Origin: Hemiscyllium ocellatum
Lineage: Eukaryota
Length of the DNA stretch: 64,000 bases
Reading direction: 5' to 3'
Assembly: GCF_020745735.1 (NCBI RefSeq)
Contig: NC_083407.1
Location: 106,630,748 to 106,694,747 of the forward strand
Below, one piece after another: positions 1 through 13,200 of the stretch (positions are counted from its first letter, which is position 1; each line of letters begins with the position of its first letter). The position numbers and the translations under genes were made by a program. Under the pieces are notes generated by a model. It ran no database searches and had not been told where the DNA came from. It saw nothing but the letters and a program-made list of their open reading frames with translations.

Positions 1-289
1 ACTTTATTTCTTTTTTCCTACTTTGCATGTAACATTTTGTACCCAGGTACCTAAGATGATGCTGGGAATAGTGGGATTGTACACTTTTCACTGTACTCCT
101 GCATCCCTGGACATGAGCACATGTGACAATAGAACCCTAATTCTACAGCTTAGCTCTCACCCTTTCCCCTCCTTCCCAGCACCAATGTTGGGTCTTTCAA
201 TGTGGGGATGTGTGTGTGTGTGTGGTGGGGGAGAGAGGGGGCACAAACACACATTAGGAACTTGGAATACTGTTTAAAAAAAAAGACAC

Positions 290-1000
290 CGTGTGATGTT
301 GCAGAACAGGACATAATTCTTTAAAGTTTGCACCATATACAGACAGGATGATTAAGGCGGCATTTAGCACGCTTGCCTTCATTGCTCAGACTCTTGTGTC
401 ATGTTGAGGTTGTACAAGGCGTTGGTGAGACCTCTTCTGGAATACCGTGTGTAGTTCTGTTATAGGAAGGATGTTATTAAGCTGGAGAGGGTTCAGAAGA
501 GGTTTAGCAGGATGTTGCCAGGGATGGAGGGTTTGAATCATAAGGCTAGGCTGGGATTTTCTTTTCACCAGAGCCAAGGAGGTTGAGAGGTGACCTTATA
601 GAGATCTGCAAAGCCTGGAGTGGTGTAAATAAGGTGAATGGAGGTGTCTTTTCCCTAGGGTGGGGGATTTCAAGACTAAGGGGCATATTTTTAATGTGAG
701 AAGAGAAAGAATTAAAAAGGACATGAGGGCAACGTTTTTACACAGAGGGTGGTTCATGTGTGGAATGAACTTCCAGAGGAAGTGGTGGATGCGGGTACAG
801 TTACAATGTTTAAAAGACACTTAGATATGTACATGAACAGGAAAGGTATGGAGGGGTGTGGATTAGGAGCAGGAAGGTGGGACTAATTATGTTTGGGATT
901 TTGGTCAGCATGAACTGAAGGGTCTGTTTCCCTCCAGAGGTCCAGTGTGAACTTAATGGGCTGAATGGCCTGCTTCTGCACTGAAGGGATTCTGTGATTC
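290..1000 (+). mobile_element. CR1-clade LINE 3' fragment
   Basis: Remnant LYKALVRPLLEY..V...LERVQKRFSRMLPG...RLRGDLIE of the CR1 ORF2 C-terminus, plus a typical 3' UTR. Confidence 0.85.
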
Positions 1001-1083
1001 TTTAGGATGGGTTGTTCAGTACGATCCAGTCTGTCTGGGTGAGCTCCACCACTAACTACAAACAACTACAAGCAAAGAGCCAT

Positions 1084-1380
1084 TGGTGTCTGAAAAATAC
1101 TGGCATGGTTCTTCATTTACTCCACAATGTTTAATTAAAACAGCCACAAGGGGCAAATGATAGAAAAACAGAGAGAGAAGAGATAACTCTTAACTATGCT
1201 GGGATCAGTTTAATTGAGAGTTTTAATTGCACACTTCCTTTACTCCAATTGACATCCTACTCCAGAGTGTGTTAAGGAGCTTATGTTAATGATGTTTGAT
1301 TAGAAAGTTGTGTCTAGTGACTTGCTTCTGCTTCGACCAGTGTTACCGGTGACACGGGGAGGCAGCGCCACTTGGTGGCA
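1084..1380 (+). repeat. Duplicated non-coding block, copy 1
   Basis: Co-linear with 5525-5810, including an identical run taactatgctgggatcagtttaattgagagttttaattgcaca. Confidence 0.9.
1365..1378 (-). promoter_or_regulatory. CTCF-like motif
   Basis: CCACCAAGTGGCGC, one mismatch to the canonical CCACCAGGTGGCGC core. Confidence 0.45.
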
Positions 1381-1654
1381 GACAGCTGCATTGCTGGGAT
1401 ATTTTGCAGCGAAGCGAACAGGAAGGTTTCTGCAGGGCAAGGGGCCAAGTGTTGAAAGAGCTGCAAACCTTAAACTTTTAAACAAAATCCGTGAACGTGC
1501 TCAAAATGCTCCCCTGCTCAGGCCGCCTTTTGTGGAGGGAGGAACCGAGTGAACAGTATTGGCCAGCGATATTTCACCAGAATTCTTCTGAAAATGGGTT
1601 GGCACCACCAACTTCCACTGGTTTCTTTGTGCAGAGATACTGCCAGACCCTTTG

Positions 1655-2075
1655 AACAGACTGGGACTTGCTTCACTGGAATGTAGGAGGTTGAGAGGTG
1701 GACCTTTATTGAGGTTTGTAAAATCATGAGGGGCATAGATAAACTGAATAACAAAGTTTTTTTTTCCCCTGGGGTGGGGGAGTTCAAAACTAGCTGTCAT
1801 ATTTTAAGGAGAGAGGAGAAAGATTTTAAAAAAGGACAGGAGAGGCAAGGTTTTTACAGAGAGTGGCTGGTGTGTGGAATGAACTGGCAGAGAAAGTGGG
1901 GGATGCAGGTACAGTTACAGCATTTAAAAGACATTGGGGTAAGCGCATGAATAGGAAAGGTTTGGAGGGATATGGACCCAGCGCAGGCAGGTGGGACTAG
2001 CTTAGTTTGGCATTATGGTCGGCATGGACTGGTTGGATCGAAGGGTCTGTTTCCGTGCTGTATGACTCTATGACT
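1655..2075 (+). mobile_element. CR1-clade LINE 3' end
   Basis: RRLRGGPLLRFVK remnant; ends gaagggtctgtttccgtgctgtatgactctatgact. Confidence 0.85.
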
Positions 2076-2761
2076 ACAGTAAGGAAAACTCCTGTACTGT
2101 TTTTCGAAGCAGTGCCATGGGCTCATTTTCATCTGAGATGTGTTTTGCTTTCAGTAAAGTATCTTCACCTGATGTGGCAGTGCTTATGTGATGAGGACTG
2201 GAATAAGGAACTACGGGTAATGTAGCATTGAAAGTTCCAAACAGTTGTTGCAACGCACTGAAATAAGCAAATACTACACTTACAGTTACTTCAATGCCTG
2301 GGCAAGCATTAAGCGATTCTGTCACAAAACAAATGTCAGTGTGTCATGCTTCATGTGGTCTGAGTTAAAATGAAGTCAGATCTTTATATCCACAGGTCAG
2401 GTGCAATGATACACTGACGATGTGATGAGCTTCGTTCTTAAAAGTGTACTATCATAACATATTACACCAACACACCAACTACACGACATAGCACAACCTT
2501 ATTGTCTTATGGGACTTGACAGGATAGATGCAGAAAGGTTTCCGCACGTGGGGGAGTCTAGAGCCAGAAGACAATCTCAGAGTAAGGCATATTGAAGGCT
2601 GAGATGGGAAGGAACCTCTTCTGAGGGGAATGAACCTGTGAAATTCTTTACCATGGAGGTCTGTCAAGGCTGGATCATTTTGTATATTTCAAGGCTGAGA
2701 TAGCCAGATGTTTAAGCTGTAAGAGAATTAAGAATGGGGGGAAAGGCATCAAAATGGAGCT

Positions 2762-3295
2762 TCAGCAAGTTTTGAGAAGATTTGTAGCTCAGGTTGAGGT
2801 TCTGGATGCAGGTTTGCTCACTGAGCTGGAAGGTTTGTTTTTAGATGTTTCATCACCATAGTAGTTAACATCATCAGTGAGCCTCTGGTGAAGCACTAGT
2901 GGTATGGCCCATTTTTTATTTGTGTTTAGGTTTCCTTGGGTTGGTGATGTCATTTCCTGTGGTGATGTAATTTCATGTTCCTTTTTTCAGGGGTGGTAAA
3001 TGGGATCCAAGTCAATGTGTTTGTTGATAGAGTTCCAATTGCAATGCCATGCTTCTAGGAATTCTCAAGCATGTCCCTGTTTGGCTTGTCCTAGGATGGA
3101 TATGTTGTCCCAGGCGAAGCGGTGTCCTTCCTCATTTGTATGTAAAGAGACTAGTGAGACAGGGTCATATCTTTTTGTGGATCGTTGATGTTCATGTATC
3201 CTAGTGGCTAATTTTCTGCATGTTTATCCAATGTAGTGTTTGTTACTAGTTTTGCTTGTTGTTGTCATTTACAAACTACCTTGCAAGAACTGTAA
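2762..3295 (-). mobile_element. Decayed Poseidon-type PLE 3' fragment
   Basis: Minus strand reads HYIG*TCRKLATRIHEHQ...EFLEAWHCNWNSINKHIDLDPIY, homologous to the 47714 ORF. Degenerate CTGATGA...GAAA motif at 2841-2880. Confidence 0.85.
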
Positions 3296-3299
3296 TCTA

Positions 3300-3497
3300 G
3301 GGTGTACAGTGGTTGGCACTGCTGCCCCTAGCACCAGGAACCTGGGTTCAATTCTAGGCTCATGAGATGGTCTGTGTGGGTTTCCTCCCAGACTCCAGAG
3401 ATATGCCAGTTAGGTGGATTGGCCATGTTGTTGGGATATTCTTTGGACGTTTGGTATGAGCTGAATGGCCTGCTCCAACACTGTGGGGATTCTATGA
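3300..3497 (+). mobile_element. Degenerate V-SINE
   Basis: tRNA head gtggttggcactgctgcc...gggttcaattc followed by tgtgtgggtttcctcccaga. Confidence 0.65.
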
Positions 3498-4624
3498 TAC
3501 TACTTTAACAGTGTCTCTGGATGATAATCTTTTATAACTTCTATTGTTGCTCACCGTCAGCAATTGCAAATGTTCAGTGACTCCAGTCAGACTGTAACAA
3601 ATGACCCTAGAGAGCATCAAGAGGGATACCTTGGTCTTTGATAATCTGCTCATCGTGTCAAACGTAATCACCCTAGTACTAATGTTATTTCTCAGTTTAG
3701 ATGCGTCTTCTTGCACTTTGACAAATAGAAGCTGCAGATGTGACAGTGCAGTCATTATCAGGTTATGCAGATTCATTTCTAACGATTTACATTCTGTTTC
3801 AATGGCGAATTCCTTAACAAACATGAAACTGCAAAAGGCCGAATACCAGAGCTAACGTTTCAAGCTCTACTTTGAAACAGTTGGCTTGCACAGGGTTGTC
3901 AAACCAAAGCTTATCATTTAGCAAAGGACACATGACTAAGCCTTTCTACATTCTACATTGCAAATACTTTGAGAATCATACCTTTTGTGGAGTCGCTGTA
4001 TTGCAGGACAAAGCCTGGTTGCAAGAATCGTAGCTGTTTGAGTATAGTCTTGCCACACATGGGGAATTGTCCTTTTCCATGGGAAGGAAAGTAATGAGAA
4101 TGACAAACGAGTCTAGAGAGGATCACGGCCAGGTTAAGTTAGGGGCAACATTTGGCATATGGGGAATTAACATGGGAAAATAATGTTATGTACTTTGGAC
4201 AGACGTTATGCACTGTGACAGGAAGAATAGATGAACCAAATATTTTTTAAACTAAGAAAGACTGCACAAAAGCTGTAGCAGAGGAATTTAAGAGTCCTTG
4301 TGCACAAACCATGAAAGACTAGCATCCATATTCAGCAAGTGCATTGAAGGAAAGATATATTAACGTTGGAGACAGTCCAGAGATGGGTCATTGGATCAAT
4401 TCTAAGTATGGAGGGATTTTCTTACAAGGAGAGTCTATATGAATGAGAAAATAAATTATTCAAACACAAGATTCTTTGGAGACTAGTGCGATGATCAGAG
4501 GTGCACACACAATCCAGCTGCAGCTTAACCAAAGATTTTACATCCCCAAGGTCTACTTTCATTGAATATTGGGATCAGAGGCCACTCAGCCCAGTAGACC
4601 TGTGCTGGCCTTTCTGGAAACCTA

Positions 4625-4836
4625 GAGCTGAAAATGTGTTGCTGGAAAAATGCAGCAGGTCAGGCAGCATCCAAGGAACAGGAAAATCGACGTTTTGGGC
4701 ATAAGCCCTTCATCAGGAAGGGCTTATGCCCGAAACGTCGAATTTTCTGTTCCTTGGATGCTGCCTGACCTGCTGCGCTTTTCCAGCGACACATTTTCAG
4801 CTCTGATCTCCAGCATCTGCAGACCTCACTTTCTCC
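4625..4836 (+). mobile_element. Mini fold-back PLE pLTR element (family B)
   Basis: ~90-bp inverted arms (4625-4803) plus 33-nt tail TGATCTCCAGCATCTGCAGACCTCACTTTCTCC. Hammerhead remnants (GGGC-TTAT-GCCC stem II) at the centre. TSD TTTCTGGAAACCTA at 4611-4624 and 4837-4850. Confidence 0.88.
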
Positions 4837-5139
4837 TTTCTGGAAACCTATCCAAATTAGTCCTCATTTCCACTCAACATCTAGCTATTCATAATTTCTA
4901 GCGATATACACAACTCACTTTGGAAAATAATTGTTGCTTTCACTAAACCTTTAAGTGAATTAGGTGTAATCTTGAAAAATAAACTGCAAAACCAGGGGAA
5001 CAGGGCCAATGGAGTGGACATAACGGGATAGCTCTATAAAGGGCATGATGGGCAGCATAATCTTCTACCCTACCACATAACTGCCTTCAAGCTGACCAGG
5101 GGTTCAGTGCAATATGTAGAGAAATCCATCAAAAATAAC

Positions 5140-5410
5140 AAAGCTGGTTTTCAAACAGTATCAACATCTTTAAGATGAGCTACTAAAAGTTTGCATACAC
5201 ACACGAATAGATTTAAGAACAGCTTCTTCCCTTGTTATTAGACATCTAAGTGGAACACTCAACTTTTAGGTTTAATGTTGATCTTACTCTCTGTGCACCC
5301 TCTCTGCTGCCATAACTTTGCATTCCTCATGATGTTTTATTTGTATAGTATGTCAGTACTGAATGCGCAACAAATATTTTCACTCTACCGAGGTACATGT
5401 GACAATTATT
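5140..5410 (+). mobile_element. Rex1/Babar-like LINE 3' end
   Basis: HTNRFKNSFFP remnant followed by ...ttttcactctaccgaggtacatgtgacaat. Similar tails at 1-135 and on minus at 55050-55200. Confidence 0.5.
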
Positions 5411-5524
5411 AAATCAAATCAAACCAGAGTCCCATATGTTTTGGTTGATCAATCGGTTTCATTTTTGTTAGAGAGGGAAAGCTGATGGGTTCTTCAACTA
5501 CAGAAAGCAACAGGCAATGATCAC

Positions 5525-5810
5525 TGGTGTCTGAAAAATACTGACATGTTTCTGCAGTTACTCCACAACGTTTAATTAAAACAGCCACAACAGGCAAATG
5601 ATAGAAAAACAGAGAAGAGAATCCTAACTATGCTGGGATCAGTTTAATTGAGAGTTTTAATTGCACATTTCCTTTACTCCAATCAACATCCTACTCCAGT
5701 GTGTTAAGGAGCTTACATTAGTGAGGTTTGATTAGTAAGTTGTGTCTGATGACTTGTTTCTGCTCCAACTACTGCTACCAGTTACATAGGGAGGCAGCAC
5801 CACTTGGTGA
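5525..5810 (+). repeat. Duplicated non-coding block, copy 2
   Basis: Direct repeat of 1084-1380. Confidence 0.9.
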
Positions 5811-5879
5811 CCACGATCTTGCTGCAACACCTTTACGGTATATTTTGCTTTTTCTTAAGAGAGCTGTCTGTTTGAATCC

Positions 5880-6437
5880 AATTAACAGATGGAGGCACCT
5901 TGGGTATTTTTTAAAACAAAAAGGTAGAACAATAGAAGCAGCCTGAACAGGCAGAGTCAAACTTGCACAGATCCAAGATTTTTAGTTTTAGTTTCTCAGT
6001 AGCAGTTGTTGCTGGGGTTTTGAAGCTGGGTTTGGAAGCTGCAGTACATCTCTCACTGCTATTCTCTCAGTTTTCTCAATGTATTTCCTCCCGGACTGGA
6101 GAGCTGCCTGTGGGAAAACCTAGGTTACTGAATTTGCCTTTGCCAAGGTTGTGTTTATGGGGTGTTACAATATTGAAACAGTTACTGTTTAGTAGTTAAA
6201 TAATCTGTTATACTGTTACGTTTCCAACAGATTTAAAGGTATTCTAATTTCTTTTCTTCTGTTCTGTTCTATCTATTGTCTAAGAATTAAAGTGTATTTT
6301 GCTTAACGTCAAGTAGTTTGACCATTCAAATTGCATCTGGAACACAATTTTTGACATTTGCCTTTATAGTAAGAAAAACGCAAGTCCAGGCTACCTTCTT
6401 TAGTATATTTTGAGATAGTTAGCTCTGGTACATAACA
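5880..6437 (+). mobile_element. Possible solo-LTR-like repeat
   Basis: LTR-like composition ending ...ggtacataaCA; no TSD or internal domain identified. Confidence 0.3.
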
Positions 6438-6835
6438 CACCCACTCCTCCAACTACACCCCTGACCATCCCACTGAACTGACCAAACTACCCACTCATTC
6501 GTTAAAAAGACAGGACCTTTAAATGATTATTAGCATACTGCAGTCACTGTCATAATGAGTAGGTATGTCATCTCCCTCAATCAATTTTATTGTGGTCTGC
6601 TGGGCTTAGCCAGGAAAAGTTAGCATCCTTCTACTATATTGAAGTGCTGCTCAAAACACACTTCGATGAACTGTCCAAATGGCCAATTTGTGTCTCTCAC
6701 TTAAATATTAGTCTGATAAAGTTCCTTTTAAAACACCTTGGAAGGTCTTTATTTAAAAGGCAAGCTGTGAATGAAAAGGTGCAAACTAATATACCAACAT
6801 GACATAAGATAGATTCCTTTTCTTCACAGCAAGTT

Positions 6836-6841
6836 TTTATT
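6836..6841 (-). terminator. Distal polyadenylation signal AATAAA
   Basis: Plus-strand tttatt. In the sense direction it is preceded by many TGTA (CFIm-type) motifs and followed by a U/GU-rich tract (tcttatgtcatgttggtatattagtttg). Confidence 0.65.
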
Positions 6842-9664
6842 TGTACATCCAAACAAAGATCATTTATCACACTATATACAGATATTACATACAGTGTTTA
6901 TACACATATTACATAGTCTGTACACAGAAAAATATACATAAAAATGTAAACTTTTGTATACAAAAAATACCTTAAACAAATTAAACAAGGACAATAACAA
7001 AAGGTGACTAATTTAATTATTAGCTCGCCTTATTTAAAAAACAGAAATACAGTACATTCATTGAGTATAAGAAATTTGAGCCACCTTTCCTGTTTCTCAA
7101 TGTTGAAGCAGTTTATAGGACTATTGTGTTTTTTTCCACGGGCTCCTTTCTCTTTTTTTGCCATAAAGTCCCTGATACACTCAAACCAACTGCACGGCTG
7201 GGGTGAGAACACAATGATGTTTGTGTTGGATGGTGGAGGAGGAGGAGGAGGAGAAATTTAAATCTGGGCAATTCCAGACTAAAGCCAGTTAGAGTCAGGA
7301 AGGGAGGTGGGGGGGGGTAAAGACTGAAGAAGGGGCTTGGGCAGGGGATAGGACGAGGCAACCTCTTGGGAATTTCCCAGATAAACGTCTCCTGGACTTC
7401 AGGCATTTTTAAAATTACATTTAATGACTCTGACTTTGTGAAAGTTTAGCGATTGTTTTAAGATCTCCCCACCCAAAACTGTGTCTAGGGGCCTCATGAG
7501 TGCTTTGAAAGCTCACTGATCTAATAATATGCATAAAAGGAACATCACGCATGAAATGTAGCCTGAAACCACTGATCCCTACTACCAAAAATCATTTACA
7601 ATATAGTTCCTCCAGAAAAACGTGAGTGAGAGAGTGAGAATGAGAGAGAGAGACAGACAGAGAGAAGAGATATATAGCCCAGCAGCACTTTTAGTACAAC
7701 TCCCTACCTTCCTCTCCCCAACCACCCTGACTAGGACCTTTCTTAAAAAATAAACTTCAAGTGCTACAGCCTCTGGAAAGAATCAAACATTTTCGTTTCC
7801 TGGATCTATGGCAGAAGGGGATCTGACGAAAGGTACAGAGGAGATGCAGGCCACAGTTGGTTTGGGTTGCTTGCAGGAGCGTAACTGTTGTTCTGGTGGT
7901 TATACAGAGCAGTTTCCCCAATAGCTTCTGATATCGGAAAGTTCAGAGGCATCTTGGAATGAAAGAACCTTTGTGAAATTTTTAACAAACGGACAAGGAT
8001 AGATACAAATGACAATTCTGTACATTTTCTTCGACTAGAAAATTAGTCTCCTTGCAAGGAAAGCTGCTTTTTTTTTGGAGATTCATGAAAGAGTTATGGA
8101 TAGGAGTGAGCTCTTGTCAAGGCACCAAGAGGATCATGCAGCCCACCTCAATACATGTTCTTAAAAACAAAGCACTCTTAATCGGAGGTGGGTAGGGGCC
8201 TCATTGTCAAATTGCATTAAAAACTGGAAGCATTTTAGCTGCTATCTTAAATAATGTAATAAAGGCCTTACTGTTGCCTTTGTTGCCTGTCTGGCTTATC
8301 TTAAAAACCACATGACCAGCATGAGTCATATTCACAAGCTGTGTCTTCATTCCTCCCCTTGTGTATTGCTCTATATAGTACTGAAACCTTACAGAAACAG
8401 GACCTCCAATCCAGGGGGTCAAGTGACATTCCTTCAGTTTAGGAGAGGACCCAAGTGAGCAATTAGTTTGAGGGCAAGGCTCGTTATTACAAACTGAAGA
8501 GAATCTTTTGTACACATACACATCGCACTGTGATGCCAAGGTTACACTATCATACTACCTGGGGGACTGGCAGGAATACATTATTCATTAAAATCCCTCT
8601 GAACAGAAAACGTTGCAGCGCCAAACGAGATCTCAGACAAACAGAATATTTTAATTGCCTTTGTAATTCTACCAGACATTGGGAGTTAATGGAGGCAAGA
8701 GCCAAAGGCCAAAAAATCCAACCCTATCCTCCTGTAATGAAGCTGTTTCTCCTGCTCACGCACACACCTCCCTCTTCTACAGCTCGAGTCTGCTTCTAAT
8801 CAAGTCTTACAAAAAAAAGTTGTGCACAGACTTTATAAAATAAAGCTTGTGCTTCCGGTCACCAACTCTTATCACAAATTCACTAAGTGTTAGGGCGTTG
8901 TATACCTACAGCATGCCCAGATCTCTGACTTATCAATCAACCAGAACAGCAGCACAAGTGCACAGATTACACGTACAGTTACAGCAGGGAAAGGAGCATA
9001 CCAGGCCTCTTTATTCTTCCAACATTAAGTACCTCTACCCTTTTTTCTTATCCTCACATTGCAGATTAGGATTTCCAAACAAATGAACTGAAGCTGGCAT
9101 CTGACATGGCAACAATTCATCACATAGCAGAAAAAGTCAAACAACTCCATGTATCCCGCTGCTGAAAAGATGACTGCTTTCTATTCCTGTTTCTGCTTGG
9201 TCCTCCTATTCTCTTTGAATGCTAGGCAATTCCACAGAGTTACATGAAGATGGAAAAGATACTTCACATGACAAACTTACTCATCTCCCCAGTTAGGAGG
9301 AACCTGGGAACTAGAGGGGTTAAAGGATATCTGGGAGGCTAGATGTTTCTACTGAAGCATGCCCTTCAGACTTACCTTCTATTCACCTCTCCCCTTTTAA
9401 AAAGAAAGATTTTATAATTGTTTTATATAAACAAAAATTATGTAACTGCCATTATCTAACTGTCATCATGTCTCAATCTTTGTAAAAATTAATAAAGGAT
9501 TTCATCAGAAAGTAATAAATATGTAATTAGAGAAACAACTGGCTTCCTTTCGTCAATTAAAAAGAGATATCCAATCAGCAAGGGTGAAAAGGTAGCCTAC
9601 GTGCAAAACTGATGCCAAAACGGTTGCCTCATTATTGCATACAACTTCAAATGTGCAAGACAAA

Positions 9665-9905
9665 ATAGATTCATAGAATCCCTACAGTGTGCAAGTCTAT
9701 ACTGACCCTTCGCAGAACACCCCTTCCAGCAGTACTCCGTCCCTGTAACCCTCAATTTCCCACGGCTAACCCCTCTAGCCTGCACATCCTTGGAAACTAT
9801 AGGCAATGTAGCATAGCCCAATCCATCTGACCTGCACATCTTTGGACTGTGCGAGGAAACTATAATACCCGGAGGAAACCCACACAGACACGGGGAAAAC
9901 ATGGC
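9665..9905 (-). mobile_element. 5'-truncated V-SINE in the putative 3' UTR
   Basis: cctgcacatctttggactgtgcgaggaaac...ggaggaaacccacacagacacgggg matches the V-domain. Confidence 0.8.
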
Positions 9906-10034
9906 CGTGGAGCTCCTGTACTGTCTAAAATGGAGATTATTAGGTAAAATCCCTCAGCAAGCATATCTGGAGACAGCATTGCTTTAACTGACTAGAAATG
10001 ATATTATGCACACGTACAATATACAAACTTAGTT

Positions 10035-10290
10035 AGAGACAAAAAAACTGCAGATGCTGGAATCCAAAGTAGATATGCAGGAGGTTGGGAGAACACAGCA
10101 AGCCAGGCAGCATAAGGTGGTGGAGAAGTCGGCATTTTGGGTATAATCCTTCTGCAGACATTGACTTCTCCAGCTCTTGGTGCTGCCTGGTTTGCTGTGT
10201 TTTTTCAGCACCACATTTTTCAACTCTGGTACTCCAGCACCTGCAGTCCTCACTTTTTCCCGGTTTTTTCAGCCTCCTGCTTGTTGACTT
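10035..10290 (-). mobile_element. Old PLE-pLTR fold-back with a nested family B tail, inside the putative 3' UTR
   Basis: Inverted arms cacagcaagccaggcagca / tgctgcctggtttgctgtg. Internal 11-bp direct repeat GTTTTTTCAGC (10199-10209, 10263-10273) flanks a family B tail piece. Confidence 0.65.
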
Positions 10291-13200
10291 ATGCACAATA
10301 CACAGCAATCCTCCACTCGCTGCATTTGCTGAAGAAATAATCCAGCTATTACCAGGAGACTTTACTATACTATACTTTCAGCAATGAGTTTGCTTTGTAT
10401 AGCTGATACACTATTTAAATAAACTGTTTGCCGCCTGTTCTATCTCATCTTCAAATGATTTGCTTTGCCTCTCATTGTGGATGTCCACAGGAAGAAAGGG
10501 TATGATTTGCTTTGGATAAAATACTAATTGTGGCCATCACAACAAATAAACAATTGTTTGCAACAGCTGAAGAGGACTAACAATAAAGGATGCGAGCAAC
10601 TGGAAATGAATTATGTCGCTAAGCTGGGTACAACAGTTTTTATTACATCTCCTCCCACCATAAGCTACATGCTACAGATGTGTTAAAAAGCAGTTACCAG
10701 TTTATACTCATCTACACCAGCACAACACATTAAATGTGGAGAAAACAGGGATTTCTCCGGTACCTGTGGTATAGCCGTACATGCATTTCCTTCACTTTAC
10801 ACTCCAGGGCAAAGCTACCTTCTATATTGCTCCTCTGAATGACTCAAAGTCAGGTTTAGATGCTGGGAAAGGCTTACGGTCACCCTGACTGAGCAAACAT
10901 CTTGAGTTCAATTATAGCATATGGCTGAAATGGTGTCCAAGTAATGATTCCCACAGCTAGCATGGCAAAGGTGGCTTTGTCAGACTTTGCAGAGCAGAGT
11001 AAACTACAGGAGGCCCACAAGCTCACTTTCCAAACCAGCCTTCAATGAGGACTCCCTTTATTCTGCTGTTATTTCACTTAGATGTCTAACAGTTGCCCAT
11101 TAACAGGAGTTCTGTCTTAAAGGGGAGATAATTTTAGAAGCACATTGCAGCATGAACCTGCCAGATTTCAAGGTGATCGGTAACTGCTTAACGTTCTGGC
11201 TCCCTTTATTCTAGTCCAGGGTCTCATGTCATTCATTCACAGAATGTACCGCACATGGTTGGAAATAGGTTAACAAAGTTTTCTGATAAGATCCATCCTG
11301 GATACTGATTCAACGTGTGATCAAAAGAACAATACTCAAGAGACGAAAGCACTCCGTTAATTAAACCTAGCAGTACTTTCTAACTGAATGATAGATGACA
11401 AAAGCTTTTATTTTTTGGTCGAATGACTACTTAGTTTGAGTTTGGTTTGTTTTCCTCTTTAGTTCTCCAACATATGCCCTGGACTGACAATGCACCAAGG
11501 AACACAGTTGCACCATTTCACTTTGAAAAGTGGTGTATCCAATCTAACCCAAACCTTTACTTGACCTTCAAACAACCTAAATTAATCACTAATGCCATCA
11601 ATGATCATACACTATTGTGCACAGCTCTGCAAAAACAAGAACAGGCACGTTTGACAGACAAAGTATTATATGTATCACAGTATTATCTATCCCACCGTTA
11701 CAGGGTCTTGCTCAAGACTGCCCATGGTAAATGGTCTACCTAATGTTCTGTATTGTTTGAATGTTACCTCTTAGAGTGTAAGTTTCATCACTATAAAGAA
11801 TGGTTGAATGTTCTAAATTAGAAAAAATTCTAGTAATCCCTATAGAAGAGTCAAAGGAGAGGGGGCATATTGCAGTTTATGCCATCAGCACACAAGACAT
11901 CATAATAATCCTCTCTCAAGTTCAATCACTCAACGTGTACTCAAGCTTCCCTGATGGCAAAACCTCCTCTAGTTAATTTAATATGTTGACTACAACACAC
12001 AAAGTATTTGGGAGTATCAAGTTACTCTAGATTTTTAGACAGCACTCAAAAACATTTAACACTAGCCAAGGGGTAATTTAAATAACACGATCAACACTAA
12101 AATATCCAAATATTCAAAGCCGCAACCAAGTGAAATAGCAACGGTAAATGCACAGCATAATTGTAAGGTAAATCACAGTCTCCAGATCAAGGCCATGGAT
12201 TGGTGAGGGTCAAAGGCAATAGTGTTCTTGCCTACCCAAAGAGGGATTACAACAGTGGGGCCGGGGGGTGGGGGGGGGGGGGGGGTTTGTGGTGGTGGTG
12301 ATGCAGGCAAACTCTCCAGTGTCAGTCAGATATGTAATTCAGGTGCTGTGGATTTTCAAGGGAGGTAGACTTAGCCGTATTTACCTTTATACTTCTGCAT
12401 TTTTACACAATGCGTTCTACTTAACCTCCTTGCAAATGCTATGTGCCAATTCAATTAATATACAAAGACAGTATATTGTGAAACATGAGTAGGCACATGT
12501 TGATGTGGTGCTGTGTTGACAGTTTTGGTGAGTTTGGATACATTTTGTGAGCCGATTACTCAAATCAGGAATGGACACACTGGGCCTATCAAACTGCTGT
12601 TGGTCTGGTGTCTGACTCATGCAAATGACAGGAGAAACCAAAAGGACTAAAGAATGCTAATCTATTGAGGAAGTCAATATACAGGTGACAAGAATGGACT
12701 GCGCTTAGGATACTGTAGCAGCATCAAACCTTGGTGACAAAGGTTTTAAAATTGCCATCATTTTGTTATTAAATATATCTCAATAAAATCTCTTGTTAAA
12801 AGAAAGTAGACACCGTCCATTCCTCTACTTTGGTATAAAATCTGAAGGTAGTCAGATCACGGTTTCAAGCAAAGTGGTGCACTGCCATTGTGCTTATGTT
12901 GACAGAGGATAATGTCTGGAGAAGTGTGGGCTTCTCTCAGCCACATGCACAAAGATCACAATTGCACTCTGCAAGTAAACATTTTGCTCATATAGTCTGA
13001 GTTCACCCCAAGACAGCTGCAGCTCTATTCAAAGGTCTCAAAGAATGACTTGAGGCTATGCCCTCAGTTTTCAACATGACCAGGCCTGTACAAATAGTTG
13101 TGCTGTCGAAGTGTATGAAAATACACACACGGCAGAACATATCCTAACTGTAAAAGTTGGCACCAGCTCCTTGGTACTCATGGTTCATCACTTTAGGTAG

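Noticed and set aside
4625-4836. Interpretation of the short palindromes as MITEs or pre-miRNAs
   Set aside because: The asymmetric tail, 12-16 bp TSDs and hammerhead remnants point to PLE pLTRs, and the analogous family A hairpin matches the pLTR attached to a GIY-YIG ORF.
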